Positions 44,246 to 55,380 are shown, numbered from the stretch's first letter. The stretch: DNA of 64,000 nt from Terriglobia bacterium (GCA_965223005.1 CBDCVK010000002.1:1-64000), one strand, 5' to 3'. The notes: a model not told the origin generated them from the letters alone. Translations and numbers: made by a program.

Positions 44246-46378
44246 ATGATTAGGCGCCTTGACTGGCGAGTAATGGCGATTGTCGCTGCTTTTGTTTCCC
44301 AAGTATTCTTCTTTGTTCCGCTTCAGATATTTCTGAACAACATCACTGAATTCTCAGTGAGCTTCGCTCACTTGTGCTTCTTGTTCCTACTTGCCTCATC
44401 CGGTTTGATTGCCGTCTTATACTTTGCTGCCGGCAAGCTTCCCGCTCAGATATTCTTGGCTGCCGTTACATTCCTCAGCGTCGTGGCTTTCATTGAATCC
44501 AAGATATTGTTTGGTTTCGCGAGACACCGACCCTTTGACGGAACATTGATTGATTGGGAAGCACTGAGTACGCTCTCGAATATAGAAATAGCCTCAATCC
44601 TCAGCCTTGCACTTCTGGTTGTTGTATTCAGGAGACGCCAGGAACTGTTCTATTCTGTCTCACTCTTCATACTGCTATTCCATGGCATCGGGTTCCTTCA
44701 TGCGACGATTACCGGGTTTGATTCGATTCGACAGTCCGCAAGAACCTTTCAAGATCTATCTCCTTACTTTAGAGATTGTTATCGCTTATCCAGAGAGCGC
44801 AACGTCATTCACATTGTGCCGGATAACACCCCGGGTGCCCTGATGTACGAGATTGTGACTTCTGACTTCGATCGATACTCCGAAGTGTTCGATGGTTTCA
44901 CTTTGTTTACTCGTGCTGCCGGGCGCTATCCACGCAGTTTTGCTTCGATTTCATTTTTCATGACAGGCCGGGGCCCCAACCCTGGGAGGGACTTTGTTCC
45001 CTCTTTGCCTTTCACTCGTAAGTACATCTGGAGGACTCTCAACGAACACTCCATCGTTAACACGTTGGCCCTGCATGATTTCAGGACGTTCGCCTATCAG
45101 TGGCGCGGTTCCTATTGTGCAGGGAGTTACACGGCCTGTACGGCTGGGGACGTTTTCCACGGACAGACGATTAGTTCGGGAAAAGCCACTCACACGGGAC
45201 GGGTCGGTCTTGACCTTGTGGATATTGCCTTATTTCAGGTCACGCCGGTTCTGATTCGTCGTTACATCCATAATGACGAACGGTGGTTTCTGTCCCGTCT
45301 GGTGAAAACGACGCGTACCTATTCGGCCATCTTTGATCTGTTTCTCGAAAACATGACGACCGACGAGCGTGCAGGCTCTTACAACTATTTCCATGTTGCG
45401 GGGGGGCATTCTCCAATACTGTTTGACGAGAACTGTGCCTACGTTGGGACGCAAAAAGGGAACTACGAAAACATACGCGCGCAGGTCACCTGCACCTTAT
45501 TGCAACTTGAACGCTTGGTCCAAAAGCTCAAGCAACTGGGCATTTATGATGAAACTATGATCATCATGCACAGCGATCACGGCAACCCATGGCTCACCCC
45601 ATCGTTGAACTCTGTGGGGGACGCGGTTATACTCCCACGTGTGAGTGGGGGTGCAAACCCTGCTATATTGGTGAAACCGCCAAAAATGCGGGGACTCCTA
45701 AGATTCTCACGTGCCCCAGTGAGCATAGGTGACGTCCCGGCGACGATCAACGATGCTTTTGGACTGGATGGCCAATTTCCGGGTATTCCCATGCTTAGTG
45801 TTAGTGAGACATCTGAGCGTGAACGCGTATTCCTTTGGTATGAACTTGAACCTGGAGGCCCCTGGGAAGATGTTCTGGAGGCGCTTCCCAAGGTTGTGCG
45901 CTATCGCATTCGTGGCGATCTATTCAGTCGCGAAGCCTGGATTCTGCCTTCCCCATCCGATCTAGAAGAGGCCCCTGCGGCCTTGACAATGGATCACCCG
46001 CGCTTTTCGCGTTTCGCTCTAGGTTTCAGTACACTTTGGGACCGAGAACGGCCAAAGCGCTGGGTTGAGGGTGCGCTAGCCCGCGCCCATCTTTCTTTCC
46101 CGACCGAAGGCAAGGCTCAGCTTGTGTTCGACACCGACCTACCCCCATGGATCACTGGGCAATCAATGGAAGTTTCCGTCAATGACCTAATCGTCGCTAA
46201 ATTGGACGAGCAAGACTTGGCTGGAAGCAAAAGACACGTCATCTCAGTGCCGCACGACCTGCCCCGCAGAAAGGTCAATGTTATCGAATTTGCTATGGGA
46301 AAAGCAGCAAATCCTGGTAACGATAACCGCCTTTTGTCAGTGGTATTTGCTTATGTCGGACTGGAACCGCTGGAGTAG
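44246..46378 (+). CDS. Membrane-anchored sulfatase-like (LTA synthase/alkaline phosphatase superfamily) protein
   Basis: N-terminal TM helices, NVIHIVPD, IIMHSDHG; visibly lower GC than the core genes. Confidence 0.75.
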   Translation: MIRRLDWRVMAIVAAFVSQVFFFVPLQIFLNNITEFSVSFAHLCFLFLLASSGLIAVLYFAAGKLPAQIFLAAVTFLSVVAFIESKILFGFARHRPFDGTLIDWEALSTLSNIEIASILSLALLVVVFRRRQELFYSVSLFILLFHGIGFLHATITGFDSIRQSARTFQDLSPYFRDCYRLSRERNVIHIVPDNTPGALMYEIVTSDFDRYSEVFDGFTLFTRAAGRYPRSFASISFFMTGRGPNPGRDFVPSLPFTRKYIWRTLNEHSIVNTLALHDFRTFAYQWRGSYCAGSYTACTAGDVFHGQTISSGKATHTGRVGLDLVDIALFQVTPVLIRRYIHNDERWFLSRLVKTTRTYSAIFDLFLENMTTDERAGSYNYFHVAGGHSPILFDENCAYVGTQKGNYENIRAQVTCTLLQLERLVQKLKQLGIYDETMIIMHSDHGNPWLTPSLNSVGDAVILPRVSGGANPAILVKPPKMRGLLRFSRAPVSIGDVPATINDAFGLDGQFPGIPMLSVSETSERERVFLWYELEPGGPWEDVLEALPKVVRYRIRGDLFSREAWILPSPSDLEEAPAALTMDHPRFSRFALGFSTLWDRERPKRWVEGALARAHLSFPTEGKAQLVFDTDLPPWITGQSMEVSVNDLIVAKLDEQDLAGSKRHVISVPHDLPRRKVNVIEFAMGKAANPGNDNRLLSVVFAYVGLEPLE

Positions 46379-46697
46379 CGGCGACTGGCGCCTTCCTGTG
46401 TTAACTGGCCTGTGTCCGGTCCTGGATACCCTACACCCAGACTCACGCCTCTGTGCGAAGGCGCAGTTTCGAGCTACGGCAGCTTCCCAATCCTCGAAGA
46501 AGTCCTCTCGCCGGACGCTAACGCAGCTTTTCGAGCGCCCGTAGGGAATTATGACTGTAGTAAGCGTAGTAGCTTTATAGAGGGTATGGGGCAAAGGGCA
46601 CCTGTGGACGTGGACGATTCCCGCCTATGTATCCCCTTCTACTACTTACTACAGTTACTACCGGTTGATATGGCTTAACAAAAGGTGAGGATGCATC

Positions 46698-49600
46698 ATG
46701 AAAAGACGAGAATTTCTGGGGCTTTCAATGGCTCTCGCAAGTGTTGCCTTCGGACAGAACAAGCAGAGTACGAAGACATGGAAAGAAAAAGGGCATCGGC
46801 TGATCCTGTGCAACGATGGTGGAACGCTGGCAGGGCCCTCCCTGGAAGCCCCGATCGGCGCGGAAGGCCTTGCCCGCCTGACCATTGATCGGCTGAGAGA
46901 CACTCAGGTCGACACGCTCTATTGGCAACTTGGCACCGACCCGTATCTGGGCACGCCTTCCCACCGTCTCTCCGACTTTTATTCGCACAACACCAAGGTA
47001 GGTCCGCGGTGGGGGGACGGTATGAAGCGTTTTTCTAAAGCGGGAGAGTGGCGGATCTATGAAAACACCAGACAGATGATTCAGCAGGGAACCGACCCGG
47101 CTGCGGTGGTCATCGATTACGGTCACCAAGCAGGATTGGAGGTTTTTCTGTCCATGCGTGTCAACGATACGCACGACTCGAGACTGAAGGGCAAGCTAAA
47201 CGACCCTCTCATGTCGCCCATGAAACGCAATAACACCAAATGGATCCTGGGAGGAAGCGGGCGGTCCCGCACCGCCTATAACTTTGCCATTCCCGAGGTC
47301 CGAGCGTATCGCTTGGCCCTGGCCGAGGAGGCAATTGCCAACTACGATCTGGACGGACTGGATTGGGACTTTTGCCGATCCAAAACTCTCTTCCCGACGA
47401 AGCCCGGGCGCGAAACGGAAAAGTACGCCCCCTTGCTGACGGACCTCATGCGCCGCCTAAGAGTGGCTCTTGAAAAGAAAAGTAAGCAAGTGGGGAGAAA
47501 ACTCCACTTTTCGGCTCGCGTACCAGGTACATTCAAGCAGGCTCTTTCCTACGGGATCGATGTGAAAACATGGCTGGATGAGGGGTTGATTGACGTGGTA
47601 ATCGTCGGCCAAGAATTCGGGTATAGGCATCGTCTTCCTGTTGAAGAGTATGTTAAGGCGACAAGGGGCACCGGTGTCCAGGTAATTGCACAAAACCTGG
47701 GATTGTTCATGCAGCGTCGGCCGTGGTCGGCTCGCGTATTATGGAACGAACGCGATTATTATTCGCTCCAGATGTGCAGGGCGACCGCGGCCAGTCACTG
47801 GCGCGCCGGGGCAGATGGCATTTATCTGTTTAACAATCATCTCATCGAATTCGCGCGAGACGCCAATTATGATCGCCAGCCCTGGAAAGAGATTGCCGAT
47901 CCTGATTTGATTGCCAGGAAGGATAAGCACTACTTGGTAGATCAGCGAGAGAGGGGTGGTGGTCCGCTGCCGGTAACCCTGGGGAAGCCAGGCGATGAGG
48001 CAAAGATATCGATCGATATCGCGGATGTGGGCTTGATCCGGTTTCGTGGACACGTTCCGAAAGGCGGATACGATGTCCAGAATGGGATCAACGAAGGCAG
48101 GGAGACGGGCGCGACGACAGTTCAGTGAGGAGTTCCGGATCGGAGCCGTTCGGCTGGTCTTGGATGCGGGCAAGACGGTCGGCGCCGTCGCGCGCGAGTT
48201 GGATCTGACGCCATCGGCCCTGGCGCAGTGGGTGAAGCAGGCACGTGCCGATCGGACGAAGGGCAAGACGGGGCTGACGACCGAGGAGCGCGCCGAGCTG
48301 GCGCGCCTACGCAAAGACAATCGCGAGCTGCGGATGGAGCGCGACGTCCTAAAAAAAGCCACGGCCTTCTTCGCGAAGGACCACCTGTGAAGTTCGCGTG
48401 GATCCAGGCGGAGAAGGCCACCTACCCGCTCACGAAGCTCTGCCGCTGGCTCGACGTCACGCGGAGTGGCTTTTACGCCTGGCGCGCGCGTCCAGAAGAC
48501 GCATGCACGCGAGGATCGCCGGCTGACCGTGCTGGTGCGGGCGTCGTTTGAGGCGAGCAAGCAGCGCTACGGCAGCCCGCGCGTTCACGAGGATCTCCTT
48601 GAGCAGGAGGAGCACGTCAGCCGCAAACGGGTCGTGCGCCTGATGCAGAAAGGCGGGCTGAAGGCGCGGCGGCGCAAGCGGTACAAGCTCACCACGATGA
48701 GTGATCACGATCAACCGGTGGCGGCCAATCTCCTGGACCGACACTTTGAGGCGGCCGCGCCGAATCAACGGTGGGTCGGCGACACGACGGAGTTCGTCAT
48801 CGGCGGCAGCGGGAAGCTCTACCTTGCGGCGATCTTGGATCTGTTCTCCCGGTTCATCGTGGGATGGGCCGGAGCGCCGTCAACGACCGCCATCTGACCA
48901 TCAAGGCGCTCCAGATGGCGCTGAAGCGACGCTGCCCCGACGCCGGTCTGCTGCACCATTCCGACCAGGGCGGCACCTATGCGAGCGAGGACTACCAAGA
49001 CGTGCTCGACACACACGGTATCATCTGTAGCATGAGCCGCCGGGGCAATTGCTACGACAATGCCGTGATGGAAAGCTTCTTCTCGACGGTCAAGAGCGAA
49101 CTCCGCGAGCACTTCGACAGCAACGGCGAGGCCAAGATGGAGTTATTCGACTACATCGAAGTGTTCTATAACCAGCGGCGGCGCCACTCGACGCTCGGCC
49201 AGATCAGTCCGGCCGCCTTCGAGCGACGCGTGGCGGCGTAGGGCATGGACGCTGCCGTCCCTGTGGACGCGGAAAACGCGTCCACGAGTGACTTGGATCG
49301 ACCGCACAGAACGCGGTTTCCCACAGCGTCCGCACCCATTATCGCGTTCATGAAAGGAAGAAAAAAGAGAGAGACTCAACCAACGTAACTAAACCGTCCC
49401 TGAATCGGATCAGGCTCAGATGCTCTCGCTTCGGCCGTGCAGGATGGCGCCCTTAAAGGGGTGACGTTGCGGCTTCTGATCGAACACCTTACGGCTTTGG
49501 ATACGCTGGAGTTCGATTTGAATGGCAAGTTGCTGGACACCGCCTCGGCCCGGAAGCGACTCCTCTACAACGACTGCTGGTTGGACTTCGATGTTTTCCC

Positions 49601-49727
49601 GCCGGTTCTGAAGCAGGGTTGGAACAACCTGAAGGTGAAGGTCGAGTCCCGGAACCCTCGCGTTAGCGCGAAGCTCACCCTGAGGAGCGTTGAGGTGTTG
49701 GTGCGCTATGCGGAAGAAGAGGGTTAA
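46698..49727 (+). pseudogene. Tat-exported glycoside hydrolase-like TIM-barrel protein (GHL10-like) interrupted by IS3
   Basis: MKRREFL Tat motif, NDGG, SMRVNDTH, YDLDGLDWDF, GADGIYLFN. Removing the IS and one GATG restores IADALASAVQDG... to the stop at 49727. Confidence 0.8.
48028..49418 (+). mobile_element. IS3-family element, copy 1, with 4-bp TSD GATG
   Basis: TGGGCTTGATCCGGTTTCGTGGAC ... TGAATCGGATCAGGCTCA ends; orfA 48073..48390; A7G slippery site; DDE orfB (WVGDTT, HHSDQG, DNAVMES) with indels. Confidence 0.95.
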
Positions 49728-50153
49728 AGCTGTTCCATTGTGGTGTCCCTAGTATCGGCTACGAAACGGCTTAGCATCGGCTTCTGCTAAATCGCTGTGG
49801 CCGACACTGGTGAAAGCCTTCCTGACTGACAGGCGGCATTGTAGGCAACATTGGAAAGGAAGTCGGGAGTCACATTCAGACGCCCCCTGAGAGCACCCCT
49901 CCCCCCTTGTTCAGCAACTGCGTGATCCGACTGATGGGACATTTCAGTGTGACCGTTTCTCAACGGTACGTACCCTCATCGCCTGAAGCTCTGGAACGTG
50001 TCTTTGAGCGGCTGGATGCCTTGAATGGGGAAACTGGTAAGCGGGTGCATGGGGGTAAATCGGCCCTGGGCAGCTTGCCACCCGCTACAGTTTCCGCTAC
50101 AGTCCAAGAAGTGGCAGAGGTACAGCGCACCGAAGACCCTTAAATTTCAACAC

Positions 50154-50239
50154 GCCTGGGTGGCGGAACTGGCAGACGCAAGGGACTTAAAATCCCTTGG
50201 CCCCAAAGGGCCGTGCGGGTTCGACTCCCGCCCCGGGCA
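50154..50239 (+). tRNA. tRNA-Leu (TAA)
   Basis: GCCTGGGTGGCGGAACTGGCAGACGCAAGGGACTTAAAATCCCT...GGGTTCGACTCCCGCCCCGGGCA; long variable arm; CCA not encoded. Confidence 0.96.
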
Positions 50240-50339
50240 CTTTTCTTTCTTGAACTTAGCGGGATCACAGTCGGACCAGAATCACAGAAATCTGCTCCGA
50301 CTTTGACCGTACTTTGACACTTCTCTCGCGAGGTGGGCG

Positions 50340-51211
50340 TCATTGGATCACCGCGGAGACCTGTACTTCCTGAGCTGCCTTCGCCTGTGCCTCCTGGAGC
50401 ACTGCGAGCTTGGAGACAGCATGCGAAAGGTCGGCCTCGCTGACTATGGCGTATCGGCGATACATGCTCTCTGTCTTGTGGCCCGTCAACACCATGGCCT
50501 GAGAACGCGGCACTCCCGCCTTCTCTAGGCGACGAACGGCAGATCGCCGGAAGTCATGCACCCACCGACCAGGAATACCGGCAGTCTCGCACGCCTTTTG
50601 CCACGCCTTGTAGAAGCTTTTGATTGGGCGTCCGTTTCTGTGGAAGACCCAGGACACAATCTGGGAAGTGGTGCGCTCGACTGTCCTCGTTCTTTCACGC
50701 TGGCGCAGTAAGAGTGATTCTAGAGCAGGAAGGCCCCCAAAGGGGAAGACGCGCCCCTCATCGTTCTTGGTGGTTCCGGGGTGGAGCCGGATGGTTTTCT
50801 CGTTCCAATCAATCTGAGCCCAATGAAGTGGCCGGACTTCTCCGATCCGCCAGCCCGTCAGGTAACAGAATTCAACTACGGGCTGTATGTCTTCAGGCAG
50901 GAAACCAAGGACCTTGCGGAACTCGGATTCGTCAAAGAAGGCCTTCCGAACGTTGTGAATCTCAATATGCGGAATATTCGGTCGTCGGTCCAGCTTATCG
51001 GCTTCGATAGCGATCGTAAACATCCGCTTGAGGATGGCCAGCTCGTAGGCGATCGTTGCTGGGGCAATCGGCACCTCTTGCCGAGAGACGATGTAGCGGG
51101 TGATTTGATCCTTGGTAATGTCCAGAGCGCGAGACAAACCGAAAAAGTCCTCCAGATTCCTGATTGCGCGTTCTGCTCGATCCAAAGACTTGTTGCCCTG
51201 CACCTTGTAAT
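50340..51211 (-). pseudogene. Tyrosine integrase, 5' end removed at the IS3 junction
   Basis: TGWRIGE, TKNDEGR, HDFRR, GHKT, RRYAI catalytic set; adjacent to the tRNA 3' end. Confidence 0.9.
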
Positions 51212-52607
51212 TGGGCTTGATCCGGTTTCGTGGACACGTTCCGAAAGGCGGATACGATGTCCAGAATGGGATCAACGAAGGCAGGGAGACGGGCGCGACG
51301 ACAGTTCAGTGAGGAGTTCCGGATCGGAGCCGTTCGGCTGGTCTTGGATGCGGGCAAGACGGTCGGCGCCGTCGCGCGCGAGTTGGATCTGACGCCATCG
51401 GCCCTGGCGCAGTGGGTGAAGCAGGCACGTGCCGATCGGACGAAGGGCAAGACGGGGCTGACGACCGAGGAGCGCGCCGAGCTGGCGCGCCTACGCAAAG
51501 ACAATCGCGAGCTGCGGATGGAGCGCGACGTCCTAAAAAAAGCCACGGCCTTCTTCGCGAAGGACCACCTGTGAAGTTCGCGTGGATCCAGGCGGAGAAG
51601 GCCACCTACCCGCTCACGAAGCTCTGCCGCTGGCTCGACGTCACGCGGAGTGGCTTTTACGCCTGGCGCGCGCGTCCAGAATCAACGCATGCACGCGAGG
51701 ATCGCCGGCTGACCGTGCTGGTGCGGGCGTCGTTTGAGGCGAGCAAGCAGCGCTACGGCAGCCCGCGCGTTCACGAGGATCTCCTTGAGCAGGAGGAGCA
51801 CGTCAGCCGCAAACGGGTCGTGCGCCTGATGCAGAAAGACGGGCTGAAGGCGCGGCGGCGCAAGCGGTACAAGCTCACCACGATGAGTGATCACGATCAA
51901 CCGGTGGCGGCCAATCTCCTGGACCGACACTTTGAGGCGGCCGCGCCGAATCAACGGTGGGTCGGCGACACGACGGAGTTCGTCATCGGCGGCAGCGGGA
52001 AGCTCTACCTTGCGGCGATCTTGGATCTGTTCTCCCGGTTCATCGTGGGATGGGCCGTGAGCGCCGTCAACGACCGCCATCTGACCATCAAGGCGCTCCA
52101 GATGGCGCTGAAGCGCCGCTGCCCCGACGCCGGTCTGCTGCACCATTCCGACCAGGGCGGCACCTATGCGAGCGCGAGGACTACCAAGACGTGCTCGACA
52201 CACACGGTATCATCTGTAGCATGAGCCGCCGGGGCAATTGCTACGACAATGCCGTGATGGAAAGCTTCTTCTCGACGGTCAAGAGCGAACTCCGCGAGCA
52301 CTTCGACAGCAACGGCGAGGCCAAGATGGAGTTATTCGACTACATCGAAGTGTTCTATAACCAGCGGCGGCGCCACTCGACGCTCGGCCAGATCAGTCCG
52401 GCCGCCTTCGAGCGACGCGTGGCGGCGTAGGGCATGGACGCTGCCGTCCCTGTGGACGCGGAAAACGCGTCCACGAGTGACTTGGAAAACCGCACAGAAC
52501 GCGGTTTCCCACAGCGTCCACACCCATTATCGCGTTCATGAAAGGAAGAAAAAAGAGAGAGACTCAACCAACGTAACTAAACCGTCCACTGAATCGGATC
52601 AGGCTCA
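51212..52607 (+). mobile_element. IS3-family element, copy 2 (no TSD)
   Basis: Near-identical to 48028..49418; orfA 51257..51574; flanks TAAT / GTCC differ. Confidence 0.95.
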
Positions 52608-52710
52608 GTCCAACTCGCTGGAGCAAAGTGCGCACGGAGTCGGTTCTGTATTATCGGTTGGAGTCAAGTTCGTGATGTAAGTTTCAAGACCCTGAGGCTT
52701 GGACACACTT

Positions 52711-53334
52711 TTATTCTCCGATCACTTTCTTTCGAGACTCGGCGATAGCGGCATAGTCGGTTTCGCCACAGGCTCGGCCTGGTCCTGGCGACCTTGGTCC
52801 ACGTGGTGGTCCGCCTCTCCGCTTCTCTTCCTCCTTCGACAGCCAGGAATGGGCGAACCTATGTTGGTTCTTTTTCCTGCGGCCAGGGTTCGCCGCAAGC
52901 CACGAATCCATCCGATGATATTCGGGGTGAATATTGAGCAATGGAAAGGCCGCTGCGAACCTCTCGTGCTGTGGCTGGCTGATTTTCAGGTATGCCCCAG
53001 CGAATGCGAGCGCCCTACTGCAGGGCGAAGAATCCGAAGGATTCTGAGCCACGGGGGTTAAGGGGGGGGGTGGGGGGACAGGGGGCGGACTGGACGAGAT
53101 TTGTGGCCCATCTGTGGCCACAAGCCCGGCTTCCTTTCTAGCCGCCAACCGGATGAAACTCGAGAGAGACATTCCCCGTTCGGCCGCTATGCGGCGAAGG
53201 TACTCAGCCCCAGCCGAATCTTCCCGAAATTTCAGCACTTCGATCTTCGGGTAACGAACCATGCGCCCGATCCTAACAACTGCCGCCCCCTGGCTTTTGG
53301 CGCGCCTGTAGCGCGCCGGTGTTGGTCGCGGCAA
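52711..53334 (-). CDS. Putative element replication/regulatory protein (RHH-like N-terminal part plus phage initiator-like C-terminus)
   Basis: LRRIAAERGMSLSSFIR, Pro-rich linker, MDSWLAANPGRRKKNQHRFAHSWLSK. Start uncertain. Confidence 0.5.
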   Translation of the reverse strand: MPRPTPARYRRAKSQGAAVVRIGRMVRYPKIEVLKFREDSAGAEYLRRIAAERGMSLSSFIRLAARKEAGLVATDGPQISSSPPPVPPPPPLTPVAQNPSDSSPCSRALAFAGAYLKISQPQHERFAAAFPLLNIHPEYHRMDSWLAANPGRRKKNQHRFAHSWLSKEEEKRRGGPPRGPRSPGPGRACGETDYAAIAESRKKVIGE

Positions 53335-53696
53335 CGGTGCCCAGGACCGCGCAGATAGTTTCCAAAAACGACTTCACCGTCGAACACCTTGAATTTCACG
53401 AAACCTCTCGCCGTGAAGCTGGTCAAGGAACCGGATCGCGCTGCGGCTAACGACCCGGCGGAACGCTGTACGCTCTTCCGGCTTGGGTGGGAGGCGACCG
53501 TTCATACGCCGATCCGGCGGAAGTTGCGCGCCGACCCGGCCGATCACGAAAGCGAGGATGCCATTAGCTGGGCAGGTCATTGTGGCCACAACTATTAGAG
53601 TCATTATAATTCATATGTGTCACTCTAAATATTGCAGCAAGAGTTAGCGCATGCTATGATGGCCTAACGCTTGCATGATGTAAGGGAGGACAGAAA

Positions 53697-54284
53697 GTGA
53701 CAGACCGCAGAGAGAAAGCCCGTTGGATCGTGGAGCTTGTAGGGAAAGACCTATCGCGCCTCAGTGCCGCTGAGTTGCTTCCCGACCGCATCAAGCTGCA
53801 CGAGTTCGCCTACCAGGACATACCGCAGACGACGCGCAATACGGCGTTCGTCTTCCCATCGCCCAATGAGCTAGAGGTTATTTCGGCCGAGCAGGGCATC
53901 ATGGCCGCATCCAAAAGACTCACACTCCAGATTCAACGGGAAACCAAAGAGGGGATGGACCTGCTCAGCAGCGGACATCGTTGGACAGTGTTTGGCGATA
54001 CCCGCGTCAAGAGAAATTCGAGGGCTCCCAGTTGCGCCCTCTGGCCAACGGCAAAACGAGGCGTGGTTAAGTCCTACGCTGGCACACTGCGGGAGATGAT
54101 TCTTTGGACGGTGGTAGACCTGTTTGCCGAGTTCTGGCGAGACGTTCGTAGGTGCGCCTGGGGAAAGTGCGGTGCCTACTTCCTGCGCCACCGGAAGCAA
54201 GTCTACTGTCAACACGATCATCGCCAGAAGGCAAATTGGGAACGATTTGTTGAAAGACACCGGCCGAAGCAGTTGAGGAAATGA
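53697..54284 (+). CDS. CGNR-type zinc-finger domain protein
   Basis: VRRCAWGKCGAYFLRHRKQVYC at the C-terminus; GGGAGG RBS. Confidence 0.6.
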   Translation: MTDRREKARWIVELVGKDLSRLSAAELLPDRIKLHEFAYQDIPQTTRNTAFVFPSPNELEVISAEQGIMAASKRLTLQIQRETKEGMDLLSSGHRWTVFGDTRVKRNSRAPSCALWPTAKRGVVKSYAGTLREMILWTVVDLFAEFWRDVRRCAWGKCGAYFLRHRKQVYCQHDHRQKANWERFVERHRPKQLRK

Positions 54285-54658
54285 CTACCGCTTCCGCTTC
54301 TGCTTTCCACCAATCCGCGGCCAGCCTCAGTCGGCAGAATTACAAAAACACGCTCCCTTTAGGGAGAGTCCCATGCGCAACTTCCCCTCTATGATGTTGG
54401 TCGGGCGGCCACCGCCGGTCACCTCCAAGCGTGCAATTGCGGAGTGTCCCTCGGAGCCGCTGCGCAGCTCTGGAGTCTTGGGAACGCAACGAGCTCATTA
54501 CGGAGCCTTGTTAAGATAGTTCATCTTCCGACTGGACAAGGAGTGGGGGAGTTCTTAGGTTCGATTTGGTTTCAATAAGCATTCCCGAGCCTTCCTGAAG
54601 CTTTCTCAACATTGCTATGCGTACCGCAAAATGAACGACTTAGCAAAAAGGGGTTAAA

Positions 54659-54703
54659 CTCATAACCCAAAGGTCGTTGGTTCAAATCCAACCCCCGCAA
54701 CCA
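54659..54703 (+). other. 3' half of tRNA-fMet (att core fragment)
   Basis: CTCATAACCCAAAGGTCGTTGGTTCAAATCCAACCCCCGCAACCA without the 5' half. Confidence 0.85.
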
Positions 54704-54710
54704 AAAAATC

Positions 54711-54749
54711 AAGGGGTTAGGGAACGTAAACCTAGCCCCTTACTTTTTT
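54711..54749 (+). terminator. Hairpin/terminator after the tRNA fragment
   Basis: AAGGGGTTAGG-N9-CCTAGCCCCTT followed by ACTTTTTT. Confidence 0.6.
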
Positions 54750-54945
54750 ATCTAACAGCCATCTAACAACTCGGCGGGCGTCGGCTCTGAAACGGAGAAG
54801 TCAGAGCTCCCCGGTTTACCTGGAATTCTCGAAGAGCAAGGGCTTCCCTGCACGGGCCGTAGGGGATCTGCCTCTAGTGGCCTGGAGTGACAGACGCGGT
54901 TCCTTGCCGGCGCAGTGGCGCACCGCTGAACGGGCAGGCGTATGA

Positions 54946-55329
54946 TCATTTCGGAATGCGCCGGATGTCAAAGTACGGACGGATTTTTACGGGAATCCCC
55001 CGAAAACCGGCCGCAATTGATGCATAGTACCGATGGAGCCCATGCCATACCCGAAATGGAAGAGGTCCCTGGGGCGGCCGGTCTACATCGACTGGTGGCA
55101 GACTCTGGTTCGAGACGAATGCGGTCAGGATCGAAAGCATCGAATCCTCGTGAAACCATCGCACGCCTGGTTCCCGCTCTGGCGAGCTGACCAGCCGGAA
55201 ATCGAGCACCGCTTCCGCTTTGTCCGATACGAAATAATTACCGGCAAGGGACGCCCTGTTAAGACCGGACCCCACCAACCATGTGTCCGGGATCTCGAAC
55301 TCAACGAAATCGTGAGTTACGTATCGCAT
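54946..55329 (-). CDS. ParB/sulfiredoxin-like domain protein
   Basis: LPPVDV...HGLHRYYASIAAGFRGIPV resembles the ParB-N DGxHR motif. Confidence 0.55.
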   Translation of the reverse strand: MRYVTHDFVEFEIPDTWLVGSGLNRASLAGNYFVSDKAEAVLDFRLVSSPEREPGVRWFHEDSMLSILTAFVSNQSLPPVDVDRPPQGPLPFRVWHGLHRYYASIAAGFRGIPVKIRPYFDIRRIPK

Positions 55330-55380
55330 GTGCGGCGAGACAATTCATTCTGAGTCTGTGTCTTGAAGAGCCCCCGAGTT

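Noticed and set aside
50340-51275. Intact 311-aa integrase as given by the ORF track
   Set aside because: Its first ~21 codons are read from the IS3 left end; the native N-terminus is missing.
54659-54703. Functional tRNA-Met
   Set aside because: The acceptor 5' strand and D arm are absent.
54830-54945. attC site downstream of the ParB-like gene
   Set aside because: Only a partial resemblance; no RYYYAAC/GTTRRRY pair.
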